Positions 46,425-56,878 of a DNA stretch of 64,000 bases are shown here, piece after piece. The notes under the pieces are model-generated. The model saw only the letters and a program-made list of their open reading frames with translations, was not told the DNA's origin and made no database searches. How positions within the stretch are numbered: position 1 is the first letter of the stretch; each line of letters starts with the position of its first letter. The position numbers and the translations under genes are program-made. This DNA comes from an uncultured Collinsella sp. (GTDB lineage: Bacteria; Actinomycetota; Coriobacteriia; Coriobacteriales; Coriobacteriaceae). Where the stretch lies: positions 35 to 64,034 of the forward strand of contig CABUJL010000001.1 in the NCBI GenBank assembly GCA_902491915.1, read 5' to 3'.

Positions 46425-48920
46425 ATGACCGCAACCGCCAGTCGAACCACCAACCGCAGACCCGAGCTTTTGGCGCCCGCCGGAGGGCCCGAGCCCTTTG
46501 CCGCCGCACTCGCCGCGGGGGCAGACGCCATCTATTGCGGCATGGGCAGCTTCAACGCCCGCCGCAAGGCCACCAACTTTACCGACGAGGCCTTTGAGCA
46601 AGCCTGCCGCGCCGCACATCTAGCCGGGTCGCGCGTCTACGTCACGGTCAACATCGTCATCAAGCAGTCCGAGATGGGCGATGCGCTGCAACTCATCCAT
46701 CGCTGCTCCACGCTGGGCGCCGACGCCTTCATCATCCAGGACTGGGGCCTGTTCTTTGAGGTCAAGCGCACGATGCCCGGCATCGAGACGCACATCTCGA
46801 CCCAGGCGAACATCCATGATGACCGCGGAACGCTTTGGTGCCGCGAGCAGGGCGCCGACCGCGTGACTCTCTCGCGCGAGCTCTCCATCGACGAGATCGC
46901 CGCCATCCACGACGCCGCGCCCGACGTTGACCTGGAGGTCTTTAGCCACGGTGCCATCTGCTTTTGCTACTCGGGCCTATGCCTGCTCTCGAGCTTTGCC
47001 ATGGCGGGCCGCTCGGCCAACCGCGGCATGTGCGCTCAGCCCTGTCGCTTGCCTTACGAGCTGATCGACGAGAACGGCCGCTCGCTCTCCCCTGCCGGTC
47101 GCGAGCGCGCGCTATGCCCGCGCGATACCAATACCTCGCAGCTCGTTCGTCGTCTGTATGACGCCGGCGCCGCATCGCTCAAGCTCGAGGGCCGCATGAA
47201 GGCCCCCGATTACGTGTATTCCATCGTCGATGTGTATCGTCACCAGATTGATGACATGCTGGCCGATGTTTCGACCTCCAAGGATGAGGATGCCGCCCGC
47301 CAGCGACAGCTCAAGCGCTGCTTTAACCGCGACTTTACGCACGCCTACCAGGATGGCACCTCGGGCGACGAGATGATGAGCTACGAGCGCTCCAACAACC
47401 GCGGCCAGATTGTGGGCACGGTGCTGGGCAGCCGTCTGGCCAACCGCGATGTACGCGGACTCAAGCCCGACGACCGCCGTCGCCGCGCCGCCATCGCCCG
47501 CATTGAGCTGTTTGAGCCCGTGGGCAAGGGCGACCTGCTGGAGCTTCGTCACGATAACGAGTTTGACCAGTTCCTGACCACCATTGCCGCCGATGATGCC
47601 GCCGCGGGCGGCATCATCGAGTGCCGCGTGCCCCGCAGCATGCCCGAGGGCTGCCGCGTGCGCGTGATTCGAAGCCAGCGCGCCATTGACGCCGCCGGGG
47701 CTGCGCTCAAACGCGATGTGCTGCGCCGCCGCGCCGTAGACGTGTCCGTTGTGGCGCGTCTGGGCGAGCCGTTTACCGTTACGCTCACCTGCTGCGACGA
47801 CCCTTCGCTTACGGCCACGGCCACGGGCTTTACCGTCGAGGCTGCCAAGACCCGCGCCGTCGAGGCATCCGATCTGGTTGAGCACGTCGGGCGCATGGGC
47901 TCCTCTCCCTTTGAGGCCGCAAGCTTTAACGTTTCGCTCGACGCCGGCTGCGGTATGGGCTTTTCCGCCGTGCACAAGGTGCGCGCCGCCGCTTGTAAGG
48001 CGCTGGAAGAGGCCATTCTGGCACCGTACGAGGAGCGCGCGAAAACGCTCGAGCTGCCGGCGATTGTAACCAGTGATTCCCGCCCCGCGCCCGAGCACTA
48101 CCGCGATGAGCCGCAGATCTGCGCCACCGTCACCTCGCTCGAGGCCGCCGAGGCCGCTCGCGCCGAGGGTGTAACGCGCATCTACATGACCACCGACGCG
48201 CTCGATGCGGCCGAGCTCTCCCCCGCCGATGCATTTGAGCAGGGCATCGTACCCGTGCTCGACGAGGTCTGCCGCGCCGTTGACCACGAGCGCGTCGATC
48301 CTTGGATCAATGCCGGAGCCACCGTCGCCGTCGGCAATATCTCCGAGCTCGCCGTAGCCGCTCATGCCGGCGCCACGGCCGAGATTCGCTCTTGCCTGCC
48401 GGTGCACAACACGCCCTGCATGGAGGCGCTTGCCGGGCGCGGAGCCGGTGCGTTTTGGCTCTCGCCCGAGATCACGCTCGACGAGATTGTCTCGCTCGGC
48501 GCCGCCGCGCCCGCGGCTCTGGGCATCACCGTCTTTGGCCGCCCGCGCGTCATGACAAGCGAGCATTGCATTCTGCAGGTTGCCAACGGCTGCATCCGCG
48601 ATTGCGCCAACTGCCGCCTGCGTGCCCGCAAGCTCTCGCTCAAGAATATCGACGGAAAGGTCATGCCGGTGCGTACCGACATCCACGGCCGCTCACGCCT
48701 GTACGACGCCTACCCCATCGACCTCACGCCGCAGGTTCCTCAGCTGCTCGATGCCGGCGTGCGTCGTCTCATGGTGGACGGAACGCTGCTCGAGACGGAT
48801 GAGATCGCCCGTACCGTCGCTCGCGTCCGTCGCGCCGTCGAGGCAGCTCAAGCCGGCCGCAAGCCCGCCGCCCGCCTGCGCGGGGCGACTTCGGGCTGCA
48901 TGTTTGTGGGAATTAGCTAA
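46425..48920 (+). CDS. U32-family protein (RlhA-like RNA hydroxylation), long form
   Basis: PELLAPAG, GADAIY, HISTQ, HGAICFCYSG.C, RSANRG.CAQPCR, KLEGRMK. Confidence 0.88.
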   Translation: MTATASRTTNRRPELLAPAGGPEPFAAALAAGADAIYCGMGSFNARRKATNFTDEAFEQACRAAHLAGSRVYVTVNIVIKQSEMGDALQLIHRCSTLGADAFIIQDWGLFFEVKRTMPGIETHISTQANIHDDRGTLWCREQGADRVTLSRELSIDEIAAIHDAAPDVDLEVFSHGAICFCYSGLCLLSSFAMAGRSANRGMCAQPCRLPYELIDENGRSLSPAGRERALCPRDTNTSQLVRRLYDAGAASLKLEGRMKAPDYVYSIVDVYRHQIDDMLADVSTSKDEDAARQRQLKRCFNRDFTHAYQDGTSGDEMMSYERSNNRGQIVGTVLGSRLANRDVRGLKPDDRRRRAAIARIELFEPVGKGDLLELRHDNEFDQFLTTIAADDAAAGGIIECRVPRSMPEGCRVRVIRSQRAIDAAGAALKRDVLRRRAVDVSVVARLGEPFTVTLTCCDDPSLTATATGFTVEAAKTRAVEASDLVEHVGRMGSSPFEAASFNVSLDAGCGMGFSAVHKVRAAACKALEEAILAPYEERAKTLELPAIVTSDSRPAPEHYRDEPQICATVTSLEAAEAARAEGVTRIYMTTDALDAAELSPADAFEQGIVPVLDEVCRAVDHERVDPWINAGATVAVGNISELAVAAHAGATAEIRSCLPVHNTPCMEALAGRGAGAFWLSPEITLDEIVSLGAAAPAALGITVFGRPRVMTSEHCILQVANGCIRDCANCRLRARKLSLKNIDGKVMPVRTDIHGRSRLYDAYPIDLTPQVPQLLDAGVRRLMVDGTLLETDEIARTVARVRRAVEAAQAGRKPAARLRGATSGCMFVGIS

Positions 48921-48935
48921 CCGAAAGGCTTACAC

Positions 48936-49595
48936 GTGAACGAAGAACCTCAAGTCCTCTACTGCGACGCCTGGCTTATGGCCATCGACAAGCCCGCCGG
49001 CATGATCGTCCACGGCGACGGCACCGGCGAGCGCACGCTCACCGACTACGCCAGCGACCTGCTGCTGGCGATGGGCGACGGCTTTGCCGCGACCGACATG
49101 CAGCCGCTCAATCGCCTGGACCGTGACACCACCGGCGTGGTGCTGTTCTCGCTCGACAAGCAGACGCAGCCCTCCTTTGACCAGATGATTATCGACCACG
49201 CTTTCGAAAAGCACTATCTGGCGCTCGCCGAGGGCAAGATCGACTGGAACGAAAAGCTCATCGACAAGCCCATCGCCCGCGACCGCCACGACAGCCGCAA
49301 GATGCGCGTCGGTGCCAGCGGCAAGCCGTCGCAGACGCGCGTGAAGGTGCTCAAGCGCCTTAAGAGCCGTCGTGGCCTGCCCACGCGTTCGTATATCGAT
49401 GTTGAGCTGCTCACCGGTCGCAAACACCAGATCCGCGTGCATCTGGCGAGCGAGCGTCACCCCCTGGTTGGCGACGACCTGTACGGAACGCCGCGCCCCT
49501 GCGGCCTGATGCTCCACGCCCACAGCGTGTCCTTCACGCATCCCGTAACCGGCGAGCACATCCACATCGAAGCCCCCTGCCCCTGGGAGCCCTAA
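48936..49595 (+). CDS. RluA-family pseudouridine synthase
   Basis: KPAG, RLDRDTTG, TGRKHQIRVH, P.VGD.LYG, LHA. Confidence 0.92.
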   Translation: MNEEPQVLYCDAWLMAIDKPAGMIVHGDGTGERTLTDYASDLLLAMGDGFAATDMQPLNRLDRDTTGVVLFSLDKQTQPSFDQMIIDHAFEKHYLALAEGKIDWNEKLIDKPIARDRHDSRKMRVGASGKPSQTRVKVLKRLKSRRGLPTRSYIDVELLTGRKHQIRVHLASERHPLVGDDLYGTPRPCGLMLHAHSVSFTHPVTGEHIHIEAPCPWEP

Positions 49596-50002
49596 AACCC
49601 GCCAATAAGGGACAGGCACCTTTGTGGCGGGTTTGCCGCAATGGCTCAGCCGTGGCGCCAAAACGTCTCGATCTGTAACAGTTAAAACCCATTTTCCGGT
49701 CTGTCTGTTACAGATCGAGACATTCGAATCTCCCTCAAGGAAAAATCTCAATCTATAACAATAACTCGGCAAAATCGGTCCCAGATGTTACAGATCGAGA
49801 CAAAGGGACGGCGCGGTTCGGAAGAATCTCAATCTGTAACATCTAACCCACTTTTAACGGTCTAGTTGTTACAGACTTAGACAAAACGGCAGACAACAAT
49901 AGCGGCATCGCCCGTAATGGACGTTGCCGTTTTTCTATTGAGAAAACTACTCGGTTTTCGTTACTAACCGCCACAGTGGGGACAGGCACCTTTGTGGTGG
50001 TT
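49595..50002. repeat. Composite repeat block: two GGGACAG hairpins bracketing three 55-bp palindromes
   Basis: GGGACAGGCACCTTTGTGG at 49609 and 49979; TCTCRATCTRTAACA-N25-TGTTACAGAYYKAGA at 49666, 49746 and 49827. Confidence 0.88.
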
Positions 50003-50024
50003 TTGGCCTTACTTCGCCCCGTTG

Positions 50025-50771
50025 CTAAACCGTGATGACGTTTTCCATCGTCTGGTACTTGGCGGGCACCTCGCCCGCGGTGATAACCGTTGCGTCACGG
50101 AAGTCCGCGAATTTTACGGGTGCCACCATGCCAAATTTGCTGGCGTCTGAGATTACGAAGCGTTTGGCGGTATGGCGCATCGAGATACGCTTTACTTGCG
50201 CTTCCTCGATATCGGGCGCCGTGAAGCCCTGCTCGGCGGCAATGCCGTTAGAACCCCAAAAGCCACAATTGAAGTTGTAACGGTCTAGGGTTGCCAGGGC
50301 ATCGGGGCCAACGAGCGCCTCGGTCTCGGGCTTGAGCTCGCCACCTAACACCACGGTGCGCATGCCGCGCAAAGCAAGGTGCTGAGCATGGAGCACGGAA
50401 TCGGTCACATAGGTGACACTCTCAAGGCGCGGAAGATGCTCGATGAGCTTGAGCGTCGTCGAGCCCGAGTCGATGTATACAAAGCTCTCGGGCTCCACAA
50501 GCGCCGCCGCACGGGCGCAGATACGCTCCTTGTCGTCGTTATGGAGGTCACTGCGCTCATTGAGCGTTAGGTCGCGCGTCACGTGCGCGCGCTCAAGACT
50601 CGTCGCTCCACCGTGGACCTTGGCGATGCGGTGCGCTCGGTCGAGCGTCTGCAGGTCGCGCCGAATGGTGGACGCCGTCACGCCCAGGGTATCGGCAAGC
50701 TCTGGCACAGTAACCGAGCCAGCCCGCTGCACCATCGACACAATCGTATTGAGCCTATCTTCCGCAAGCAT
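50025..50771 (-). CDS. DeoR/GlpR transcriptional regulator
   Basis: STIRRDL, KVHGGA, IDSGSTT, LGGE, DASKF. Confidence 0.93.
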   Translation of the reverse strand: MLAEDRLNTIVSMVQRAGSVTVPELADTLGVTASTIRRDLQTLDRAHRIAKVHGGATSLERAHVTRDLTLNERSDLHNDDKERICARAAALVEPESFVYIDSGSTTLKLIEHLPRLESVTYVTDSVLHAQHLALRGMRTVVLGGELKPETEALVGPDALATLDRYNFNCGFWGSNGIAAEQGFTAPDIEEAQVKRISMRHTAKRFVISDASKFGMVAPVKFADFRDATVITAGEVPAKYQTMENVITV

Positions 50772-50774
50772 CGC

Positions 50775-51854
50775 TTACTCCTCCTCGGGGTAGACGACTC
50801 CCCAATCGGCGCGGAGCTTGGTCATGAGCTCCATCACATCAGAAGCATAATCCAGAAGCTCACGCTTGGAATCGTCGCCGGCGACGGCCTGCTCGAGGTC
50901 AGCCATCTCGTAGCACAGGGCATAAGCCTCGGTGCCCGCGGCGACCTCCTCGCGATGACCGTCCGCGGTCCACACGATCGTCGCGTGATCGGCGCGCGGA
51001 TACTCGTTGACCTCGATGTAGCACTTATCGAAGCTGATAACCGAGCGCTTGGGCTGCTTGGAGTGGAGCGTAAGGCTCACAACACCCAGCTGCTGGTCTG
51101 CATTACGGCAGACGATGCCGCCCGCAACGTCAACGCCGGTCTCACAGGTGTTGCCCAGCGAGACGACCTCAGCGGGCTGGCTTGCCATAAAGAGACGCAT
51201 GACGGACAGGGCATACACGCCAATGTCGAGCATGGCGCCGCCGGCGAGACTACGGTTGTAGAACCGGTTGGTCAGGTCCCCGTACTCCTTATAGCTGCCA
51301 AAGTTGAGCTGGGCGAGGTTCATGCGACCAAAGTCGCCCGCATCCATGCGGCGGCGCAGCTCCTGATACAGCGGCATGTGAAGCACCGTGGTGGCGTCCA
51401 TAAGGACGACGTTGTGCTCGTCGGCGATGGCACGCGCCTCGTCGAGCTCAGCGGAATTGAGGGTAATGGCCTTCTCGCAGAGCACGTGCTTACCAGCTGC
51501 CAGAGCGGCTCGCAGGTAGGTGATATGCGTGTTGTGCGGCGTGGTGATATAGACGGCGTCGATGTCCGGATCGGCGTAGAGGTCCTCGACCGTCTCGTAC
51601 ACCTTCTCGACGCCATACTGCTCGGCAAAAGCCTGGGCTTTGGAAAGCGTACGGTTGGCGACACCCGCGAGCTTGCGGCCGGCCAGCGCGAGGGACTGGG
51701 CCATTTGGTTGGCGATAACACCGCACCCGATCACTGCCCAGCGAAGCTCGGGAGCCGTAAAGATGTCGTTTGGGAACGGCTGATTCTGGACCGAGGCAAA
51801 CGCCGCCTTTGCGGCTGCCTCGGCGTCGAGCGGAGCCTGTTTGGAATCTGCCAT
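50775..51854 (-). CDS. Gfo/Idh/MocA oxidoreductase
   Basis: IGCGVIA, AVYITTPH, GKHVLCEK, GGAMLDIGVY. Confidence 0.92.
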   Translation of the reverse strand: MADSKQAPLDAEAAAKAAFASVQNQPFPNDIFTAPELRWAVIGCGVIANQMAQSLALAGRKLAGVANRTLSKAQAFAEQYGVEKVYETVEDLYADPDIDAVYITTPHNTHITYLRAALAAGKHVLCEKAITLNSAELDEARAIADEHNVVLMDATTVLHMPLYQELRRRMDAGDFGRMNLAQLNFGSYKEYGDLTNRFYNRSLAGGAMLDIGVYALSVMRLFMASQPAEVVSLGNTCETGVDVAGGIVCRNADQQLGVVSLTLHSKQPKRSVISFDKCYIEVNEYPRADHATIVWTADGHREEVAAGTEAYALCYEMADLEQAVAGDDSKRELLDYASDVMELMTKLRADWGVVYPEEE

Positions 51855-52164
51855 GATGTGCCTCCTGAGTCATCGGAAGTTCTTCATTTCTAACAACCCT
51901 ATAGTCGCACAATTGCGCGCGTATCTGCTCGTGTTTGCGTATTTATTTGCTTATCGGTCATTATTTAGCCATAGTTGGCAGATGTTTGCGCGGCTATGCG
52001 CATTATCGCGCAAGGCTATGCGCATAAATGCGCATGCGACGATCCTTGTGAAACATAAAGGGATGGAACACCAAAGCCCTAAAAGACAGACCCAGCTGTA
52101 TTACTTCACCCCTCTGGGGGCATCAGACATCAAAGGATCGTCCCAAACTGCCGGCACATAGAGA

Positions 52165-52311
52165 CTGTCCCCCCCCCCAACGACTGGTCATTTAAGTCTG
52201 TCCCCAATGAATGGTCGTCCCCAGCTGCCGACAGAAAATGAACGCCCCCAGGTGCCGGCATTTCAACGGCCACTCATTTAAGTCTGTCCCCAATGACTAT
52301 GTCCCCAATGA
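52165..52311. repeat. Cluster of CTGTCCCC (GGGGACAG) REP-like repeats
   Basis: TCATTTAAGTCTGTCCCCAATGA exact at 52188 and 52274, with partial copies at 52165 and 52300. Confidence 0.8.
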
Positions 52312-52320
52312 GTAGGGATA

Positions 52321-52357
52321 GAAAAAGGCCCGGGTGCCGTGGGGCATCCGGGCCTTT
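52321..52357 (-). terminator. Rho-independent terminator after rplX
   Basis: AAAGGCCCGG-GTGCC-gtgg-GGCAT-CCGGGCCTTT with a T5 tail on the minus strand. Confidence 0.85.
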
Positions 52358-52383
52358 GCTAGCAACTTGATGTTGCGGGCAGC

Positions 52384-52689
52384 TTAGAACTTGTGGCCGC
52401 ACTTCTTGCAGACGCGCAGCTTGTTCTTGCCGTCCTTCTCGTGACCGACGCGGGTAACCTTACCGCACTCGGGGCAAACGAGATTGACGTTGGAGGCATC
52501 GATGGGAGCCTCCTGCGAAACGATGCCGCCCTGCTGGTTGGCAGCGTTGGGCTTGACGGCCTTCTTGACGACCGAAACGCCCTCGACAACGACCTTGTTC
52601 TCTGCGGGGAGAGCACGCAGGACAACGCCCTGCTTGCCGCGATCCTTACCAGAGAGAACCTGGACCTTATCGCCCTTCTTGATATACAT
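52384..52689 (-). CDS. rplX: 50S ribosomal protein L24
   Basis: IKKGDKV.V.SGKDRGK.G, EAPI. Confidence 0.98.
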   Translation of the reverse strand: MYIKKGDKVQVLSGKDRGKQGVVLRALPAENKVVVEGVSVVKKAVKPNAANQQGGIVSQEAPIDASNVNLVCPECGKVTRVGHEKDGKNKLRVCKKCGHKF

Positions 52690-52702
52690 ATATCTCCCCT
52701 AA

Positions 52703-53071
52703 CTACAGGGTCTCGGGAGCGAGCGAGACGATCTTCATGTACTTCTTGTCACGAAGCTCGCGAGCGACGGGCCCAAAGATACGGGTGCCGACGGGCGAAC
52801 CATCGTTGTTGATGACAACGCAGGCGTTCTCATCAAAGCGAATGTAGGAGCCATCCTTGCGGCGGATCTCCTTAACGGTGCGAACGACGACGCAACGGAC
52901 AACGTCCTTCTTCTTGACGTTGGCGCCAGGGGTAGCCTCCTGGACAGCACCGATGAACACATCGCCGATGCCTGCATAACGACGCTTGGAACCGCCAAGC
53001 ACCTTGATGCAGCGAATCTTGCGAGCGCCGGAGTTGTCGGCGACGTTCAGCATGGTTTGCATCTGAATCAT
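52703..53071 (-). CDS. rplN: 50S ribosomal protein L14
   Basis: [21 protein letters not shown]. Confidence 0.99.
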   Translation of the reverse strand: MIQMQTMLNVADNSGARKIRCIKVLGGSKRRYAGIGDVFIGAVQEATPGANVKKKDVVRCVVVRTVKEIRRKDGSYIRFDENACVVINNDGSPVGTRIFGPVARELRDKKYMKIVSLAPETL

Positions 53072-53189
53072 GGTAGATGTTCCTCCGAACTAAGAACCGA
53101 AGAGAGGTGCGCAGCCTTTATGCGGCCCGTGGTATGCAAGCCAGGCATACGCACATCTTCGGAAACGTACAAGTCGTAAGAGCGACTGC

Positions 53190-53450
53190 TTATTTAGCGC
53201 GCTCGACGACCTCGATGAGGCGCCAACGCTTCATCTTGGACATAGGACGGGTCTCCATAACGCGGACGGTGTCGCCCACGCCAGCCGTGCACTCCTCGTC
53301 GTGAGCGTGCAGCTTCTTGGAGCTGGTCATCATCTTGCCGTACTTGGGGTGACGCTTGCGCTCGGTGATGGTGACAACAATGGTCTTGGCACCGGAGACG
53401 GAGGTAACGACACCCGTACGGACCTTACGCGAGTTACGCGAATCAGTCAT
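53190..53450 (-). CDS. rpsQ: 30S ribosomal protein S17
   Basis: HPKYGK, AHDE, ETRPMSK.KRW. Confidence 0.98.
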   Translation of the reverse strand: MTDSRNSRKVRTGVVTSVSGAKTIVVTITERKRHPKYGKMMTSSKKLHAHDEECTAGVGDTVRVMETRPMSKMKRWRLIEVVERAK

Positions 53451-53466
53451 GTTCTCTCCTTAGGTC

Positions 53467-53682
53467 CTACTCGGCGACAGCGGACTTCTCCGCTGCGATC
53501 TCGCGGGCGCGCTGCTCCGTGAGGATGCGAGCGATGTCCTTCTTCACGGTGTTGACGCGAGCGGTGTTGTCCAGCTGGCTGGTGGCCATCTGGAAACGAA
53601 GGTTAAAGAGCTCGGCGCGCATTTCCTTCAGCTTCTCAACGAGCTGAGCGTCCGAGAGCTCACGAATCTCTGCGGGCTTCAT
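53467..53682 (-). CDS. rpmC: 50S ribosomal protein L29
   Basis: ELFNLRFQ, KKDIARILT. Confidence 0.98.
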   Translation of the reverse strand: MKPAEIRELSDAQLVEKLKEMRAELFNLRFQMATSQLDNTARVNTVKKDIARILTEQRAREIAAEKSAVAE

Positions 53683-54185
53683 TAGTTCTCCTCCTTGGCG
53701 GCGGCGGCGTCCTCAGCAGCCCACTTGGCCTCGAGAGCGGCCTCCTCAGCCATCTCCTTCTCGATGCGCTGCTCAGCGTTCTTAGCAGCAACAATCTTGG
53801 TCTTGATGGGGAGCTTGTGCTGCGCAAGACGCAGAGCCTCGCGAGCGACCTCCTCGGGAACACCCTTGACCTCGAACATGATGCGGCCGGGCTTTACGAC
53901 GGCCACCCACTCCTCGGGGTTACCCTTACCAGAACCCATGCGAGTCTCGGCAGGCTTCTTGGTGATGGGCTTATCGGGGAAGATCGTGATGTAGACACGA
54001 CCGCCACGCTTCATGTAGCGGGTCATGGCAATACGAGCGGCCTCGATCTGACGGTTGGTGATCCAATGGGCCTCGAGAGCCTGGATACCAAACTCGCCGA
54101 AATGCAGCTCGGTATTACCCTTGGCCTGGCCCTTCATGGAGCCACGCTGCACCTTGCGGTGAAGAATACGCTTAGGGGCAAGCAC
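53682..54185 (-). CDS. rplP: 50S ribosomal protein L16 (with a C-terminal extension)
   Basis: [21 protein letters not shown]. Confidence 0.98.
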   Translation of the reverse strand: MLAPKRILHRKVQRGSMKGQAKGNTELHFGEFGIQALEAHWITNRQIEAARIAMTRYMKRGGRVYITIFPDKPITKKPAETRMGSGKGNPEEWVAVVKPGRIMFEVKGVPEEVAREALRLAQHKLPIKTKIVAAKNAEQRIEKEMAEEAALEAKWAAEDAAAAKEEN

Positions 54186-54895
54186 TACTGACCCCTCCTC
54201 TCGGAGTTACGACGACGAGGACGGGAAGAGCCCTCGAGTGCAGGGTTGGGAACAGGCTGGCCCGGGAGCTTCTCGCCCAGGTAAATCCAGACCTTCACGC
54301 CGCAAGCGCCCATGGTGGTGCTGGCGACAGCCGTGCCGTAGTCGATCTTGGCACGGAGGGTGTGCAGAGGCACGCGACCCTCGCGGTACCACTCACGACG
54401 GCCCATCTCGGCACCGCCGAGACGACCGGAGCACTGGATACGGATGCCCTTAGCGCCAGCCTTGCGGGCGGACTGGACAGCCTTGCGCATAGCGCGACGG
54501 AAGGCAACGCGGCCCTCGAGCTGCTCGGCGATAGACTGAGCAACGAGGTTGGCGTCGAGCTCGGGGCGCTTGATCTCGACAACGTCGACGGAGAGCTGGC
54601 CCTTGGAGACGCCAGCGACCTTCTCGAGCTCGGTACGGAGGGTATCGATCTCGGCACCCTTCTTACCGATGACAACGCCGGGGCGAGCGGTGAGGATGAT
54701 GACCTTCACCTTGTCGCCAGCGCGCTCGATCTCGACGCGGGAGACAGCTGCGCGGGAAAGACGCTTCTCGAGGTACTTACGAATCTCGAGATCGTTACCG
54801 AGGGTCTTAGCGTAATCCTTCTCTGCGAACCAGCGGGAGCGCCAGTTCTCGGTGATGCCAAGACGGAAGCCGGTGGGGTAGACTTTCTGACCCAT
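54185..54895 (-). CDS. rpsC: 30S ribosomal protein S3
   Basis: [28 protein letters not shown]. Confidence 0.99.
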   Translation of the reverse strand: MGQKVYPTGFRLGITENWRSRWFAEKDYAKTLGNDLEIRKYLEKRLSRAAVSRVEIERAGDKVKVIILTARPGVVIGKKGAEIDTLRTELEKVAGVSKGQLSVDVVEIKRPELDANLVAQSIAEQLEGRVAFRRAMRKAVQSARKAGAKGIRIQCSGRLGGAEMGRREWYREGRVPLHTLRAKIDYGTAVASTTMGACGVKVWIYLGEKLPGQPVPNPALEGSSRPRRRNSERRGQ

Positions 54896-54901
54896 ACAGC
54901 T

Positions 54902-55273
54902 TTACGCCTCCTTTCGAGGAGCAACGACGACGGTGATGTGGGAAGTACGCTTCAGAATGCGAGAAGCGGAACCCTTGGCGCGGGGACGGATGCGCTTAAG
55001 CGTCGGACCCTCGTCAACATAGGCAGCGGCGACAACCAGGTTGTCGGCACGCAGACCGTTGTTGTTCTCGGCGTTCGCAACGGCGGAACGGAGAACCTTC
55101 TCGACATCCACGGCGACGGCGCGGTCGCAGAAGTGGAGGATGTCGAAGGCCTGAGCGACAGGCTTGCGGCGGATCAGATCGACCACCAGGCGGGCCTTGC
55201 TGGGGGAAACACGCACGTACTTAGCGACGGCGCGAACCTCGGTGGCCTCAGTTTCAATAGACTTAGTTGCCAT
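54902..55273 (-). CDS. rplV: 50S ribosomal protein L22
   Basis: [32 protein letters not shown]. Confidence 0.98.
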   Translation of the reverse strand: MATKSIETEATEVRAVAKYVRVSPSKARLVVDLIRRKPVAQAFDILHFCDRAVAVDVEKVLRSAVANAENNNGLRADNLVVAAAYVDEGPTLKRIRPRAKGSASRILKRTSHITVVVAPRKEA

Positions 55274-55287
55274 TTACGGTTAACCCC

Positions 55288-55548
55288 CTATTTGGCCTTG
55301 TGGCCACGGAACGTACGAGTCGGCGCGAACTCGCCGAGCTTGTGACCAACCATGGACTCGGTAACATACACGGGCACATGCTTGCGGCCGTCGTGGACGG
55401 CGATGGTGTGACCAACCATCTCGGGGAAGATGGTGGACGCGCGGGACCAGGTCTTCACGACGTCCTTCTTGCCAGCCTCGTTCATCGCGGTGATACGCGA
55501 GAGAAGGCGAGTCTCCACGAACGGGCCCTTTTTGAGACTTCTGCTCAT
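55288..55548 (-). CDS. rpsS: 30S ribosomal protein S19
   Basis: [23 protein letters not shown]. Confidence 0.99.
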   Translation of the reverse strand: MSRSLKKGPFVETRLLSRITAMNEAGKKDVVKTWSRASTIFPEMVGHTIAVHDGRKHVPVYVTESMVGHKLGEFAPTRTFRGHKAK

Positions 55549-55580
55549 AAGTGCTTTCTCCTAAAACTCGGTATCCGAAA

Positions 55581-56411
55581 TTACTTCTTACGGCGACGAA
55601 TGATGTGCTGGTTCGAGACCTTCTTCTTCTTGCGCGTACGAAGGCCCTTCGTCGGCTTACCCCAGGGGGTAACGGAGGGACGACCAGAGGTGTGGTTCTT
55701 GCCCTCGCCACCGCCGTGCGGGTGGTCGACAGGGTTCATGACGGTACCGCGGACGGTCGGGCGCACGTTCATGTGACGCTTACGGCCGGCCTTGCCGATG
55801 ACGATGTTGGAGTGATCGGCGTTGCCGACCTCACCGACGGTGGCGCGGCAGGTAACGAGGATGCGGCGCATCTCGGAGGAAGGCATACGGACGATGGCGT
55901 ACTTGCCCTCCTTGCCCATCAGCTGGCAGGAGTTACCGGCGGAACGGGCGATAGCAGCGCCCTTGCCCGGCTGGAACTCGACGGCGTGGATGAGCGTACC
56001 GACGGGGATGTCGGCGAGGGGCAGAGCGTTGCCCGGCTTGATGTCGGCGTCAGAACCGGACATGATGGTCTGACCGACCTCGAGACCCTTGGGGGCCAGG
56101 ATGTAGCGCTTCTCACCGTCAGCGTAGTGCAGCAGAGCGATGCGAGCGGAACGGTTCGGATCGTACTCGATCGTGGCAACCTTGGCGGGCACGCCGTCCT
56201 TGTTGCGCTTGAAGTCGATCACGCGATAACGACGCTTCACGCCGCCGCCCTGGTGGCGGGTGGTGATGCGGCCGTTGTTGTTACGACCGGCCTTCTTGGG
56301 CAGGGGCTCGAGAAGAGACTTCTCGGGCTTGGTGCAGGTGATCTCGGAGAAGTCGGAGATCGTCTGCCAACGCCTACCAGCGGAGGTCGGCTTAAGGTGC
56401 TTTACAGCCAT
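55581..56411 (-). CDS. rplB: 50S ribosomal protein L2
   Basis: [34 protein letters not shown] at 56411. Confidence 0.99.
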   Translation of the reverse strand: MAVKHLKPTSAGRRWQTISDFSEITCTKPEKSLLEPLPKKAGRNNNGRITTRHQGGGVKRRYRVIDFKRNKDGVPAKVATIEYDPNRSARIALLHYADGEKRYILAPKGLEVGQTIMSGSDADIKPGNALPLADIPVGTLIHAVEFQPGKGAAIARSAGNSCQLMGKEGKYAIVRMPSSEMRRILVTCRATVGEVGNADHSNIVIGKAGRKRHMNVRPTVRGTVMNPVDHPHGGGEGKNHTSGRPSVTPWGKPTKGLRTRKKKKVSNQHIIRRRKK

Positions 56412-56590
56412 TACAATCCCTTTCAATAGGAATCCGTTAGCCATCGCAGACAGGGATTCGAGGTTCTGCCTCGGGTGCGATGACACCGGACGTATACACG
56501 GTTCCGGGCGTGTCCATTTTATACGCCCAAAACCTTGAGCTCCCGCCTCCCCTATTTGGGAGGCATGAGCTCACTCAACAGCAGCGAGTC

Positions 56591-56878
56591 TTAGGCCTGG
56601 TTGCCAAAGACCTCGATGGTGTCGCCCTCGGCCAGCGTGACGATGGCCTTCTTCCAAGAACGGGTCTTGCCGGCGACATAGCGCACGCGCTTGGTCTTGG
56701 GCTTGACCGTCAGGGTGTTCACGCGAACGACCTTGACGCCGAAGATCTCCTCGACAGCGTCCTTGATCTGATACTTGTTAGCATCCTTGGCGACCTCGAA
56801 CGTGTACTTGTTCACCTCCATGCCGGAGAAGGAACGCTCGGACACGATCGGACGGATGATGATCTCGTGGGCGGTCAT
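56591..56878 (-). CDS. rplW: 50S ribosomal protein L23
   Basis: PIVSE, KYTFEV, KKAIVTL. Confidence 0.98.
   Translation of the reverse strand: MTAHEIIIRPIVSERSFSGMEVNKYTFEVAKDANKYQIKDAVEEIFGVKVVRVNTLTVKPKTKRVRYVAGKTRSWKKAIVTLAEGDTIEVFGNQA

Noticed and set aside
49666..49881. CRISPR or integron attC interpretation of the 55-bp palindromes
   Set aside because: Arms alternate in orientation, there are only three units, no ORF cassettes lie between them, and no cas or integrase gene is present.
51905..52040. TGCG-rich short repeats upstream of the Gfo/DeoR operon as a DeoR operator
   Set aside because: Plausible, but too degenerate to define a site.
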